Origin: Octopus sinensis
Taxonomy: Eukaryota
Assembly: GCF_006345805.1 (NCBI RefSeq)
Contig: NC_043004.1
Location: 2,356,001-2,420,000 of the forward strand
DNA: 64,000 bases
Direction: 5' to 3'
Position 1 is the first letter of the stretch, and each line of letters begins with the position of its first letter. Of the stretch, positions 12,776 through 26,279 are shown in pieces. The translations under genes and the position numbers were made by a program. The notes under the pieces are model-generated. The model did not search any database. It was given only the letters and a program-made list of their open reading frames with translations, and was not told where the DNA came from.

Positions 12776-13022
12776 TAAAGAGCCCCTTCGGTCATAAATG
12801 ACCATGGGATTGCACCTAGAAAGTTCCCCTCCGAGGCACAAGTCCGTGCAAGGTTCTTTATGGAAGACCAACAGTCGTCCTTGCATACCAGCTTCACCTC
12901 TCCACGCCGCAGATGTAATCCAAGGGAAAGGCAAAGGGGTCGATACAGCTTGGTACCAGTGATGTCGCAACTCATTTCTGCAGCTGAATGTCCCGGAGCA
13001 ACAGGAAATAAAGCGTCTTGCT
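12776..13022 (-). mobile_element. SINE family C relative, tail type 3, 5'-truncated
   Basis: Shares the core caactcattt..cagctga...ggagcaac..gaaataaag.gtcttgct with 7403-7729 but has a different 3' part. Confidence 0.6.
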
Positions 13023-13245
13023 TTCGTGGTTGGGCTATTTGGCTCACAATAATAATATTGTGAGTACGATTCACTGCAGTGCGTTGTGTCCTTGAACACA
13101 CTTCACTACACGTTGCTCCAGTCCACTCAGCTTGCAAAAAATGAGTTGTACCAACATTTCAAAGAGCCAACCAAGTTAATTTCACAAGCAAGTTGTCCCC
13201 TTGATCGGATCAACTGGAACACACCTCGTCGTAAACGATGGAAAG
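13023..13245 (+). mobile_element. SINE family C, diverged, tail type 1
   Basis: cacgttgctccagtccactcagc...aaatgagttgtac...gatcggatcaactggaac..ctcgtcgtaaacga. Lies head-to-head with the previous copy. Confidence 0.7.
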
Positions 13246-14466
13246 CCAGTTTTATTTTTGTAAGAGATCTGGTGGCTTTAGTATCAAACGGAAAGGAAAA
13301 TTTTTGGTGTGAAGCTAAAGTACACTTGCGTTAGTTAAATTGTACAATAACCGTTTTTAATTCATTTTTTATTTTTTATGCACGAAGAAGGCCATAATGT
13401 TTTCATTAACTCTAAAGTGTGTTTAATAAATGTTTGGGAATTCCTGATGCAGAACGAGAGATAAAGATTTGAGCATTCAACAACGTGACCCAGTTTGCAT
13501 TTTGACTTCAGCAAAGCACTTTGTTTCAGTGATCTCTTTATTGTCCCTGAGAAAACCTGGTATCAATATTCCTCATCTCCTGCTCCAACTGAAAGCATAA
13601 GATACATATCCCGAGTCAGAAAATCAACTTTTGTGAACTGAATCAATTCGTTGAGAGAAGGCGGACGAGTTTCCGATCCCGTCCTTAAACATTAATATCA
13701 AAATGACGTCGTCAATTAAATGTAATACTGCATAGATTGCCGTTTTACATTTGGTTGACGGGTTCAAAGGAAAATGTCTATGTCGTCCACTAGTCATGCT
13801 AGAAATAACAACTAACTCCTTTTCAACACAAAATACTATCTTAGAAAAAACAACACAGTGGGAAAATACTGTCTTAGAAAAACGGCCTAGTAAATTTTAT
13901 GTGAGTTGTTTCTTATGTTACAATGGCGAAATGAAGGGCAAAATTTTGGCCCGTTGTAAGATTGTAAAAAGAAGGCGCCCCTGCGCAGGCGTCGGAAGAA
14001 GATGCATTCCAAAAGACATGGCCATCCCGTTTTTATTTTTAGAGCTGAATGTGGGTGTATGTGTGTGTGTGTGTGGAGTATGAATAAGTATTGTGTTGAA
14101 GTATTTAGCTATTTTATTTATTTATAGTTGCCTAGACGTTTTTATGTGTATGTATAGGGATATATATATAGGGGTGTTATTTAGTGTATGTAGTTGATAT
14201 GGTTATATATAATAGTATATGTGTATGGGTGTATATATAGTTTATTATTATATTATTATTATTTTTTTGTTTTGTTTTAATTTTATATTTTATATTTTAT
14301 ATTAATTGTTGATAGGTTATTTTAGTTTATATATTGTTATATATTGATTATATATGGATTATATATAGGTTATATATGGATTATATATTATATTTTTTCA
14401 TTCATACTTTAATTATTTTAAAATATTATTTTTATATTTTAAAATATGATATTTTAGATTGGAAGT

Positions 14467-14510
14467 CCACCTGAAGATTGTCGATCAAGACAAGAAAAAC
14501 ATTGTAGTGG
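14467..14510 (+). ncRNA. Type I hammerhead ribozyme motif
   Basis: ccac CTGAAGA TTGTC gatcaa GACAA GAAA aacattg TA gtgg: perfect 4-bp helix I and 5-bp helix II. Helix III carries extra A/T bases relative to the palindrome ACATGT. Confidence 0.65.
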
Positions 14511-14681
14511 CGGTTTTTTTGACTATTTATAAAATTTTTATGTATTGATTAAGTCTTTCCTTGTTTGTTTTGCAAAATAGTGGTTTTGTCTCTAATAATA
14601 TTTTATAATATTTACTATAAAATTGGATTTAATCCTAATCTGATTTTTCCCCTGTAAATTTGGATTTATTCCCTATATTTA

Positions 14682-14718
<37 letters not shown>

Positions 14719-15283
14719 ATCCAAATATATACAATATACAAAATACAAATATATAAAATATATATACAATATATATATATATATATATATATACTATATA
14801 TATATATACAAATTAATATATATACAATATACAAATATATAAAAACTGTAAAATATCCAAAAATCATCTCCCATAAAATTGTGCTGGATATTTTACATTG
14901 ATATTTACTTCAAAAAACGAGTAATTAATAATTTCCTTTAAATTCTACTTAAATGCATAAAAATGATTTTGCTTTCATTGTTAAACATTTTCATTTCACG
15001 TACAAATTGAAGAAAATCTCATTATTCGGTCTAAAGTACACCGCAAGTAGCAAAAACGGTCATGTACAATAAATTTAGTTTTATATTTCCCATATCTATA
15101 TTTCATTCAGTCAGTATCAAGCAATACATTATCGGTTTTCCCACGCAAGGAATTTTTCCCTTTTTTACTATTGTCCACTTATTCATGATACAGAACCCAT
15201 CCTAAGTGTAAAATTCTGATGCTTGTAGACAGGTGCACACACACACATATAATATATTATTATATATATATGTTATATAATAT

Positions 15284-15340
<57 letters not shown>

Positions 15341-16359
15341 TATATGTTATATATTATATATATATATCAAATATATATATTATATACCATAATATATATA
15401 AATGTATGTATATATACATAAGTATATATATATATACATATATACATATATTGTATGAATATATATATGTATATATATGCACGTATGTACGTATATACAT
15501 AAATATATGTATATGTAGTATATATATGTATGTGTGTGTATTTGTATGTATATGTATCTATCTATCATCTATATATATATTATATATATATATATATAAT
15601 ATACATATATAATATTTATATGTCTATCTGTAATATATACACATATATATTGTATTACATGTATGTATCCACATATATAAAAACTGTAAAATATACAAAA
15701 GATTATATATATATATATATATATGAACCTGTATGTTAAACTGTAGATGAGTGGCGTTACATTTTAACTGAAAACATACACATCGGATGGTGATGTGAAG
15801 ATAACATTACGTTTACTTCTCAACAAAATGATCACTGGAATAAAATATGAAATGCAAGAAAGTCCCTGTGGAAATTCGATCAATAATCGGGTTGTCAAGG
15901 TAAAGGAAATGAAGGAGGAGATGAACATATCTGGAGGAAAAAAAAAAGACGTTACAGAAGAAAAAAAACAACACATACTTAATGAGAAAAGTCGAACAAG
16001 ATCAGAGATAATTCGCCATTGCTATCACTACTGGGTTAGCTAAAACATTGCACCAACTATCACCACCACTACCCCCACCACCACCAGTGCGACCAACAAC
16101 AACAATAATTACAACAATATCAGTAGCAATGACTGTTACTCCTAATGTTGTCTTCTAGTTTTATTATTCGTCGGCGTTGTCAGCATCGGCAACAACAACA
16201 GCAACAACAACAAGGGTGTGGATTTAATAAATCTCGATAAAGCAACATTTACAACGAGATCAACAATCATCAGTGCATTCATCAACCTCTGAGTAGCCTC
16301 AATCTTATTCCTTTCATTATCGCCATATTATCTATTACATCCCGTTACCGACGCCACCA

Positions 16360-16735
16360 CACACTTCTCCTCCTCCTCCTCATCATCATCATCAGCAGCA
16401 GCAGCAGCAACAGCAGCAACAACAGCAGCAACAACAGCAGCAACGGTGGCAACATTATCATTTTACCTCTCATCATCGTCATCTTCATCACCACCATCAT
16501 CACCACTATTACAACAATGCAACCACCAGCATTACCACCATCACCGCCACCACCACTACCACCACCACCACCACCACCACCACCACTACCACCATCAACA
16601 CAAACACCAAAACCACCACCACCATCGTCATCAACATCATCATCATCACCACTATTACAACAATGCCACCCCCCACCCCCACCCACCACTACCACCATCA
16701 TCATTATCATCATCATCATCATCATCATCATAGTT
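16360..16735. repeat. Compound trinucleotide array (CAT/CAG/CAA/CAC)
   Basis: Directly visible. It is the source of the poly-H/P/G/M ORFs. Confidence 0.95.
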
Positions 16736-16961
16736 ACCTCCTCAATATCACGAAATCTGCAATAACAAGACTTGCAACAAACACGACATGGGAAAACTTT
16801 CAACTTGTATTAATTCTTTCGCTTTGTTTTTGGTTTCTTTGGGATTTTTTTGTGTTTTTTTACTGTTTAAATATGTGCACATGTGTGTTTTTAGGGTTTG
16901 CATTCATGTATATACATAATAATACTCATATGTATATATGTATATGTAGTATATATAGATA

Positions 16962-17008
<47 letters not shown>

Positions 17009-18627
17009 ATATATACATGTATACACACATATACACACATATATATATATATAATGTGTATCTATATATGTTATGTGTGTGTCTCTTATGTATATGTGTG
17101 AGTAATGAATGTTTATATATATATATGTATATGTATAAATATATATATATATATATATAATATATATATATTATATATATATATGTATATACATATATAT
17201 ATATATTTATATGTGCGTATAGTATGCATCTTGTATGTTTATATATTATTAACATGGAAATAAATTGAATTTTTCAATTCGATTAGGACTATCACTTATA
17301 ATTACGCATAAATATTGAAAAGTAGAATGTGATTTTCCCCCTCCTTCATTTCTCCTTCTGCTTCGCCTATTTTATGCAAACATCTCTTGTCAGTGAAACA
17401 CTTACTTGACGCACAAGAGATAAACAGAAAAATTCAGAACGAACATATTTCACCAGCAAGAAATCTTCATAAAAGGAAAAAGAAGACGATTCGAAGGAAA
17501 TATAATATATATACTGAACGAAACGAAAGGAAACACATTTGACATTAAATTTAAACAAATCAATTTTCTATTTTCTTTTCTGTTCTTATTTTCAGATTTC
17601 TTAAAACATATATATTGATTTGCAAGATTAAGCAGCACAGACTTCGGAGTCTTTTGCTTGCTGTCATATTCACTCCAAGTAGCAATCATTTAATGTTAAA
17701 TAGCTTTACTTGTTGTTCCTCTAAATTCAACAACTCCCATAGGTTTACAGTTTTCTTTAGATTCCCTTAGATTTCGTTGAATAGCAAATATTCTACGGGA
17801 TGATGATATCGTTACTGTTGCTCTTGTTGTTGTTGATGTGGTGGTGGTGCTTGGCTTTAACTCATCCCTAACTGTATAGATCTATCGTCAAAGGTATTCC
17901 TGCAATGACAATTGCATCTTTTAAAACTTTTCGGACTATATTATCTGCACCCCTTTTTCTTTTAAAAGAATTAAAGTGTTATGGCGTTATGTGTGGGAGA
18001 ATTAGCTACTATTTCTAGCAAGTCAGCTGGCCGCGTACGTTGTTGCCTACTTCTATTTCAGTTCAGTATCTTCACTCACATTATGGCTCATATGTGACAA
18101 AATCCCTTGAAGAAAACGGCCAGGATGAGAGGATTTATACGATAACGATATTGCAATGCAGTACAAGGAGTGTAAGAAGTTGGCCAAAATCTATTTTGCG
18201 CTGTGTTCTTACCGTTCTATGCAGCATATACTCAAAGAAATGCCTATTCTAAAGAGTGTGAAATTCATTTTCAAATGCTAAGACAATGTAAATTCATTTT
18301 CAAATGCCAAGACAATGTACATGTGGCATTAACCACTGATAATAGGGTTTAAACAGTTTAGCATCATTTCAGACCAAACAGGTAGAATGATCTCTACTTT
18401 GAGGTGAATTTATTGGCAGAAACCATTGTAATAAGAATTTAGTGAGGGCAACAGTTGGAAATAAAAATACATTTTGGATTGTATCAAGCAAAGAATATTG
18501 CTCTTTGCCACAGTTTCTACCCCTGATATAATTAGAAATTTAGATCGATTTTGGTGGAATTTTAATGAAAAGGTGAAAGTACAGAACTAAATACCAGTTG
18601 TCATTTAGTTCTGAAGCCTTGTTTCTT

Positions 18628-18830
18628 CCCTATCGCAAACCTTGTTGTCAGCTGGGCATTCTATATCTATGAACCAGCATAGTTTGCTTTCTTTCTCAAC
18701 ACTATGTCTGGATACCTATTCTCTATCTCATGGTCGCACTGAATCATAGACTCCCATATGATCTTTGCCTTATCATTTTCGATGATGCCTTCGTGTTTAC
18801 GTTGATACCGCATTTTGCTCTGTCACGTCC
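18628..18830 (-). mobile_element. R4/Dong LINE fragment (family A, start of the endonuclease region)
   Basis: Homologous by eye to 37190-37380 (accttgttgtcagctggg...atctat.aaccagcat.gtttgctttctttctcaa...catggtcgcactgaatcat). Confidence 0.75.
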
Positions 18831-18840
18831 TGTTGTTATT

Positions 18841-19394
18841 GAGTGAGACAGCAGCGCATGTCATCAATGAGGCACTAGGGTACGAAGCTCAGTATACCCA
18901 TCATGACTTCCCGTCTGATAAAGGTACACCAGGCACATGCATCACAACCATATGTGCACAACATGGTGATCTCATACCAAGATAAAGCAGTGCATGACCT
19001 TGCAGGTCGGGGCCAAGTCAGAAGTTTCTTCGGGTCGAGTAGCCCATCCCGCTCGAAAGGTCCCTGAATAAGATTTGTTTTAAGGATGATAAACAAAACA
19101 CCCATGTTTCTAGAGCTTAATTATTCAAATCCCAGAGAATTCTTCTCAACACATGGCTATGATGTTTTTCCACTACTTCTGCTCGTGATCAGAGATGCAC
19201 ATATCATCAGCCACTAAGGGACATGCTCAACTGGTTAAGGTCAAACAACTGACAAGCAAGTCTGTGGTATTGAGCAGAATATTTGCTGTAGCCCATCTTT
19301 TATACCAAGACAAAACAATGTACATAATAACACTTCTAATCAGTTAAGATCAGAAGCTATGAGAACTACGGCCTGATACTGCTTCAGGGCATTT
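18841..19394 (-). mobile_element. ~550 bp non-coding interspersed repeat 'D', full length
   Basis: Colinear with the copies at 30249, 31275 and 32299. Minus-strand 5' end is (aaat)gccctgaagcagt and 3' end is ctgtctcactc-aat. Confidence 0.85.
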
Positions 19395-19499
19395 GTTGTT
19401 GTTGTTGTTTCTGATGATAATGATAGCGGCAGTAATTAATTTGGATTTCGTTTCACTACGATCAGTTTTTCATCTATACGCTTGTAGCTGTTGCTATTG

Positions 19500-19577
19500 T
19501 TGTAGATGCTGCTGCTACTGTTGTTGCTACTGCGGCTGCTGCTGCTGCTGCTGCTACTACTACTACTACTACTACTA

Positions 19578-19612
<35 letters not shown>

Positions 19613-19645
19613 GCTGCTGCTACTACTGCTGCTGCTGCTGCTAAT
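19500..19645. repeat. (CTG)/(CTA) compound microsatellite
   Basis: Directly visible. Confidence 0.9.
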
Positions 19646-22424
19646 GCTGTGATTGTTTTTTGTTTTTATTTAGGACATTAGCTTTTCCCTGAACGAGCAT
19701 AATTATTTTTCTATATATTCTATCCGTGACCATATCACTCTTTTAGGGATATAAGAAGCATTCCCGAACTTATACTTGTCGAAGATACTAGCGAGTGATT
19801 GAGGGAAAGATTTGGCTACTGTTTCTACCAGTCACGTGACCACATAAAGATTTTTTTAAAGATTTAAGCGTTTAACTATAACGATAATTATTTCTCAATT
19901 GTATTTGCTTTTTAAAATGATTGCGATTCTAAAATAACGATACTACAAAAGAAAATAATCTACTAATTAATTAATCGTATAAATAATTGTTGTAATGATA
20001 CAAATATGGCTGTATCCAATTCTTAAATTTGTGAGCTGACAAAGCTATTGTAGGCAAATATTGTAAAGCTATTCCCATTGAATGCCACATTTGCTCCATC
20101 TGTCTGGCGTCTAGAATGAAACTGTTAACTTGCTGTGTATGGAGACACGTCCATTGTTATTGACTTATAGCACATACATCTTACTTTTATTGTCAAATGT
20201 ATGAAGCATGCATCTTTTCATTCCCTTTTCTTTAGTGGTAACAACACACACACACACACACACACCACACACACACACATCTATACTGATACAGACACAA
20301 AATATCCCCGCATACATATTCGTACATACACTCAATGTTGTATATACATATATATGTATATATGTATATGTGTGTGTGTGCGTGTGTGAATTCGCGTGTA
20401 TGTATACATATTAATATATATATGTGTGTGTGTTTATATGTATGTATATAAAATCACGAAAGGGCACACGACATGGAAGATTTACAGGACCATTTAGATT
20501 TTCGCTCCAGTAAACTTTTCAATAAACGCGAACCGTACAAGATCGATGCATTGCAGCGTAAAATACAAGAGTGGGGTCTGAAAGCATGTTTAACGAGCGG
20601 CGTTTCATTAAGTATGGCGGGTGGAGCTGTCAACCGATAGGCAGACCATGTGGTCCGATAGAGGCGTAAATTATATCCAATTAAATTGAAAATGTGCATG
20701 GCTATTTTACAATTGAAATTACGACTTAGAGAAGCTAGTCTACAACTTCTAGAGGCTTGTGCCATGTTCAATTGTGTATAACGACTTATTGCCTGTAAAA
20801 TATTCAATGCGCCTTTTAGCTGAACTATTAAATTTCATACAAGAAGATTGCGCAACTTTGACTGTATTCTATATTTGCTTTCCTCCAAGTTGAAATTTCC
20901 TTTTTGTTCAGCGCCCATGTGCGAATAAACTTATGCTGTAATTAGAGTTTTTATTCTGTTGTTATTAATAATTGTTCACTTAAATATTAGGCATCAACCG
21001 CACAAAAATAAACATTGACTGTTGTACAAACAATAAAAAACAAACTTTAATTCCATATTTATTTCTATAATACAGACGTTGGTGGAATCACCGTATTAGT
21101 TAATCTTTTAATGATGGTTTATAGTGAAATATAACTTTAATGATGGTTGATAGAGTATCAAGAGTTTTCATTGTCATTTCTGCTCGCAGAAATAACAAGG
21201 CAATTTAAGTGACTAGCAAATGATCAGTCGAGGATTTTTTAACAGTGACCGGTAATTTCAAGAAACCCTGCTCTTTAACTTAGCACAAAGTGATCAGGAT
21301 TTCACTACTTGTGTTCGTTCTAGATATGCGAACATATCGAAAATAGTTGAATGCAGTTACAGTTTTCCCCTCTTGAACGTTACTAAACTAAAGAGAAAAT
21401 AATAAAGAAAGCGAGAGACAAAGACCTGCACCAAATGTATGTAAATATAGGGAAAGGTCTTCATCAAGAAATCTTATTGATACAACAATAAATGCAAAAC
21501 AAAAAAAAAATAGAAAGAAAGAAAAAAGGTGGCATGACTGTAGCATAACTAAAATAAACACTTTTAAATAAAGAAAATCTAGGAGAATGTTTTTTTTTAT
21601 ACATAATCAATTTTGAGATGGGATCATAATCCAGAAATTGTTTCATTAATCGCTCTGCATATTTGCATAAACTATTCCCAAGTAATCAATAGAATAATTA
21701 ATAAATTAGTTGAGAGCAACATAAATCTATCTCTAGCAGTAGAAAAGTACTCAAGAAGAATTATATTACTTAAAGCACGAAATGACAATTAAATTTAAAG
21801 AAAAGGGAAATGTATTTAGCCGCAGAGTGGACGACAATGACTCACCTCTAGAATGCAACAAAAACAATTCTACGACGGAGCTTCCAAGTAGTCGTTCAAT
21901 TTTCTAGAATTTTTACCGAATTCTCCCTCACAATACACTCCAGACATAGTGTGTAAAATGTTTTCAGGTATACATTGGTTTTAAAAAATGGGATATTTGC
22001 TATCTGGAAAGTTCTACTCGATTAGGGTTGACTTGTGGTGTCAATCAACAGTAACAAGAAAGAGATATACTAATATGCTCTATGATAAGGATTACAAGGT
22101 AAGCACTTCAGAAGCGAAAGCTGCATCGTTAAAACCGTTTCAATACTAAGAAGAAAATACACATTTCTGAAAAAGTGAACGTATTATTTATTAAAAAGCA
22201 ATAATATTAAACTTACGGTTAGACATTGTAAACTGTTAAGATGATAATGGATACACGAAGAAAATGTTTAAGGGCTTATTTACGTACTTCAATGATTTTT
22301 TGGAGGATTCAAATAATTTTAGTATTCAACAAACCAGAACATTTCCAAAATATTCGAACTCGATACAATAAATATCCACACGAATTAACACGAACCCTCT
22401 GCGCTGTTGCCTTGCATGTTAGAA

Positions 22425-22581
22425 ATAATAATAATAATAATAATAATCATAATCATAATCATAATAATAAAAAAAAATAATAATAATAATCATAATCATA
22501 ATCATAATAATAATAAAAATAAAAAATAAATAATAATAATAATAATAATAATAACAACAACAAACAATAATAATAGTAATA

Positions 22582-22639
<58 letters not shown>
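22425..22639. repeat. (AAT)n microsatellite with AATC variants
   Basis: Directly visible. Confidence 0.9.
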
Positions 22640-22640
<1 letters not shown>

Positions 22641-22754
22641 GCATTTCTCGGACCGTACCCTATCGTCAGTTTTTATGACTTTTAGCACTAATAAAGTCTT
22701 ATAATCGAAGACCTTCCAATCATGTCCATCAGTACCAAATGCATCTTTCACAAT

Positions 22755-23015
22755 AAAAAAAAAAATAAATGCGCCCTTTTAAAGCCAAACCAGGCTCATG
22801 GGCCCGGTTTCCTGGTTTCTATTGCGTATGTGTTCCCCAGCTGGACGGGACGCCAGTCCATCGCAGCGTTACTCATTTTTGCCAGCTGAGTGGACTGGAG
22901 CAACGTGAAATTAAGTGTTTTGCTCAAGAACACAAAGCATCGCCCGGTCCAGGAATCGAAACCACAGTCTTAGGTTCATGATGCTGACACCCTAACCACT
23001 AAGCCACGCGCCTCC
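22755..23015 (-). mobile_element. SINE family C, tail type 2
   Basis: Same head and core as 7403-7729, with a different tail (...gcctggtttggctttaaaagggcgcattt). Perfect 14-bp TSD gcatctttcacaat at 22741-22754 and 23016-23029. Confidence 0.9.
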
Positions 23016-23707
23016 GCATCTTTCACAATTACATAAGCTAATTGTTCCTGAAACAATGCTTTGTCTCCTGAGAAAAGGAAGAAGAGAACCATCAAATAAT
23101 GCTGTACTGGACACACAGGGTTTGAAGAAGGATAAGTAATGTTGACTGATATGTATATGATTAATCGTCTGTTCGATCAGGACTAACCTGTGATTAAATA
23201 ACATCAATACCAACAACAGCATCTTTGCTACTGTAACGAAAACAGAAAGGGAATCAGTGAATAAATATAAAACTTTTAACAAATGCAGTCTAAAATAAAT
23301 CATTTCTTGTATTCCTAACCTCCACGGTTTTAATTTTCTTCTTCCCAGAGTAGTTAAGTTATGAACCATTGAAATACTGCAGTAGAAGCAATGAAATGTA
23401 ACATCAGCGAAAGTAGGATGATGACTTTGAAAATCAATATTATGAAAAGGAAGCTGGAAGGTTGTGAATAACAGAAATAGATGAGCAATGAGTTTAGTTG
23501 TTTTGAAGTCAATGATTATGTCCCTTTAATTTCTGATGTCAACTATTTATTCACACTTTGACGGATCAATAAAAAGAAATGCTAGTCAAGGAAAGGCTTG
23601 TTAACTCCTTTACTATCCTCTTATATAAAAGGAGTGATCTGTGATGTTTTTAGGAAGATGTATTCCTTCTAATATCTGATGATCAGATATAATGTATGTG
23701 TGTATAC

Positions 23708-23921
23708 ACTACTTAAATCAGTTTGATTCGATTTCTGTGCTACTCCAAGTTTCGCAGTATCCTAACAGAGCTCGTCTACTTCAGGCTTCTAGACTGGCCG
23801 AATGAAAGAAGATGTTCAGGAAGTTTATTCAGCCATTCCAGAAGCATGGAGGTAACGATCTTTCTTAGGGGCCGACGAAACTTGAAGTAGCACAGAAATC
23901 AAATCAAACTGTTTTGAATAA
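23708..23921. mobile_element. Foldback MITE-like element
   Basis: cagtttgattcgatttctgtgctactccaagtttcg pairs with cgaaacttgaagtagcacagaaatcaaatcaaactg. The interior is also partly self-complementary. Confidence 0.8.
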
Positions 23922-24250
23922 TGCATGCAGCTCTTTCGAAAAGCGCTGAGTACCCTTTTGCTTCATTTATACACACACTCACACAAACACACACACACGC
24001 ACAGACACACACACACATATGGATTATCCATGTGATATTAATATGATGCATTCAAGAACAATCCAGAGGGTAATATATTTCTCTATCAACAGCCATATAA
24101 ACTCACAGGTCTTCGACCTGTGCTTCTTTGATGAGCGCCAACGCACGAAACATTCGGACCTTGAATCACCACGTTGCTTCTGCTAAATATTAATAAAAAT
24201 ACACATATATTCATATTTTCAGTTCTATTTCTCCTGTTTGCACCAACATG

Positions 24251-24304
<54 letters not shown>

Positions 24305-24305
<1 letters not shown>

Positions 24306-24420
24306 TACTCCGTCGGTTACGACGACGAGGGTTCCAGTTGAACCGAACAACGGAACAGCCTACTCGTGAAATTAATTTGCAGGCGGCTGAGCACACCACA
24401 GACACGTGTGCCCGTAACGT
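24305..24420 (-). mobile_element. SINE family C tail 1 fragment
   Basis: ccgtcggttacgacgacgaggg...ctcgtgaaattaa...cacagacacgtg matches 7411-7520. Confidence 0.8.
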
Positions 24421-24549
24421 GGTGCCTCCCTACACGCACGCGCGCATAACTCCGAATGACCCGTCCTTGTTTTCTTTATATCGTCTATCTGGATGTTTTG
24501 CGTTCTTGTCCCATTTTGTATTTTATATATATATAACTATGTATATATA

Positions 24550-24599
<50 letters not shown>

Positions 24600-25394
24600 T
24601 TTATATCGTGTGCGTGTGTATGTGCAAGGTTCTTCTTGGTTACTATACTGTGAAGACTATTCTATTTCAGATAAGCTAACCCAATGCTATTGAGCAATAA
24701 GGGAGTTAAAACAACGACGCATATTGGGTTCTACTCGAACCTATTCTATTTTTCGCGCCTTCAGAAATGTTTGACCGTTACATTCTCTTATCCTTCAATA
24801 CGCACAACTTCGCTGCGAGTAGAAAGAAATTCATAACCCAACATAATGCTTCGTCTTTTCGGTTATCATCCGCTATGTACAGTAGGTTATATAACTGATA
24901 AAAGATGGCGCTTGTGTCACATTGTCATTCCTGAATACCATATTTGCCATGTGCAACTTGACAATTGAGAGACGCTACTAATATCGATAATCTAACACGA
25001 GCCACAGACCAATCAACTTAATGTTTGGCATTTTATCGATTTACTCCTACATAACTGCTTACCATTGTTTTTATTAAAGTACATCCGAGAAAATAACTGC
25101 GCAGTAGAATATCAGAGTAATATTGCGAATGTTGTAAATGTAGCGAGCTTCGGCATTCGAGTATGCTAAGGTGAGCATTTCTCTCTCATTTGCCCTGATG
25201 TTTTACTGACTGGATCTATGCATTTCGTTACAAATGTTTATAGGAATTGTGATCATATGAAAAGGTATGCCTTCCTTGTGTTCATTAGTAATTTAAGGGA
25301 TGCAAAAGAGGAGTTTGTCACCATAACAACCCTTTCTACAGTAGATTCAAGGGCTGAACCTTTTTGAGAGGGCAATGGTTTGTCGAATATATAT

Positions 25395-25530
25395 CGACCC
25401 CAGTGATTAACTGGTACTTATTTCATCAAACCCGAAAGAATCAGAAGCAAAGTCGACCTCGGAGCAACTTGAACGCAGAACATTAAGGCGGGCGAATTAA
25501 GCATTTTACCCAGCGTGTTAAGGGTTCTGC
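25395..25530 (-). mobile_element. SINE family B, degenerate
   Basis: atcgaccccagtg..aactggtacttatt...aaagtcgacctcgg is the reverse complement of the family B body. Confidence 0.65.
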
Positions 25531-26208
25531 CAGTAAGGGAAGTCGACATTGTATAAATGATTAAAAAATGAAGGGGTAATCTTTTTAACGATTGTATTAA
25601 ATAAAGTTTATATATTAATTGAATGAGAGGAAAAGGTAGGAATATTTTCAAAACAGAAAAAAAAAATTTGAGAGTATTTGTATGGAGTTGATTGGTGGAA
25701 TTATCAGGTTGGGCAAATGAGGAGTCACGTGATGAGAAAACATCTTTAAATGCAAATACGGAGAGAAAAGTGAAAGCGTGAGAGAGAGAGTGAGAGGAGA
25801 CAAAATCAGTTTTAAAATTATCCCTGTGAATTTTAGAAATAAATGTAAGGTGTGAGGCGGATGGTTAAATCTGTGTCAGCCAAATATAACACCAACTTGA
25901 CTTATCGAAAGGTTTTAGGTGAGAAGAGAAGCGAAGAACGAGCAAAGTTTGCCAGAGAAGATACGCTTTAAATCCATTGAAAATATTATCCGATTCCCAG
26001 GAGTTGTTCTGTCTGCTTGTCTGTCTATTGAATGCTAAAGAACACCTTGGGCGTTATTTCGACCGTCTGTACGGTTTGACTGGCGGTATAATAATGCACG
26101 AAATATACGCTAAAAAAAAAAGAAGACAAATATACGTTTTATTTTTCCTATTTAAAATTCATGAAACGAATAAACTAAAATAAAATGAAATAATACACAC
26201 ACACACAC

Positions 26209-26279
<71 letters not shown>

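Noticed and set aside
16345-16803. Poly-His/Pro/Gly ORFs suggesting a low-complexity protein
   Set aside because: All frames on both strands are open because of triplet repeats. There is no unique coding flank or splice support.
19300-19394. HDV-like or hammerhead ribozyme at the 5' end of repeat D (gccctgatgcag)
   Set aside because: The only P1 partner found (tcaggga) is not followed by GG, no L3 or J4/2 motif could be placed, and the hammerhead core is incomplete.
22640-22675. Hammerhead-like CTGACGA..GAAA on the minus strand
   Set aside because: Helix II is mismatched, and helices I and III are lost in the microsatellite.
24128-24160. TTGATGA gcg ccaa cgc ac GAAA motif
   Set aside because: C3 is changed, helix II is out of register and there is no helix I. 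At most an old remnant.
25680-25780. CCAAT plus GTCACGTGAT E-box as a host promoter; AAGATGGCG at 24902
   Set aside because: These are short motifs expected by chance, with no linked gene evidence.
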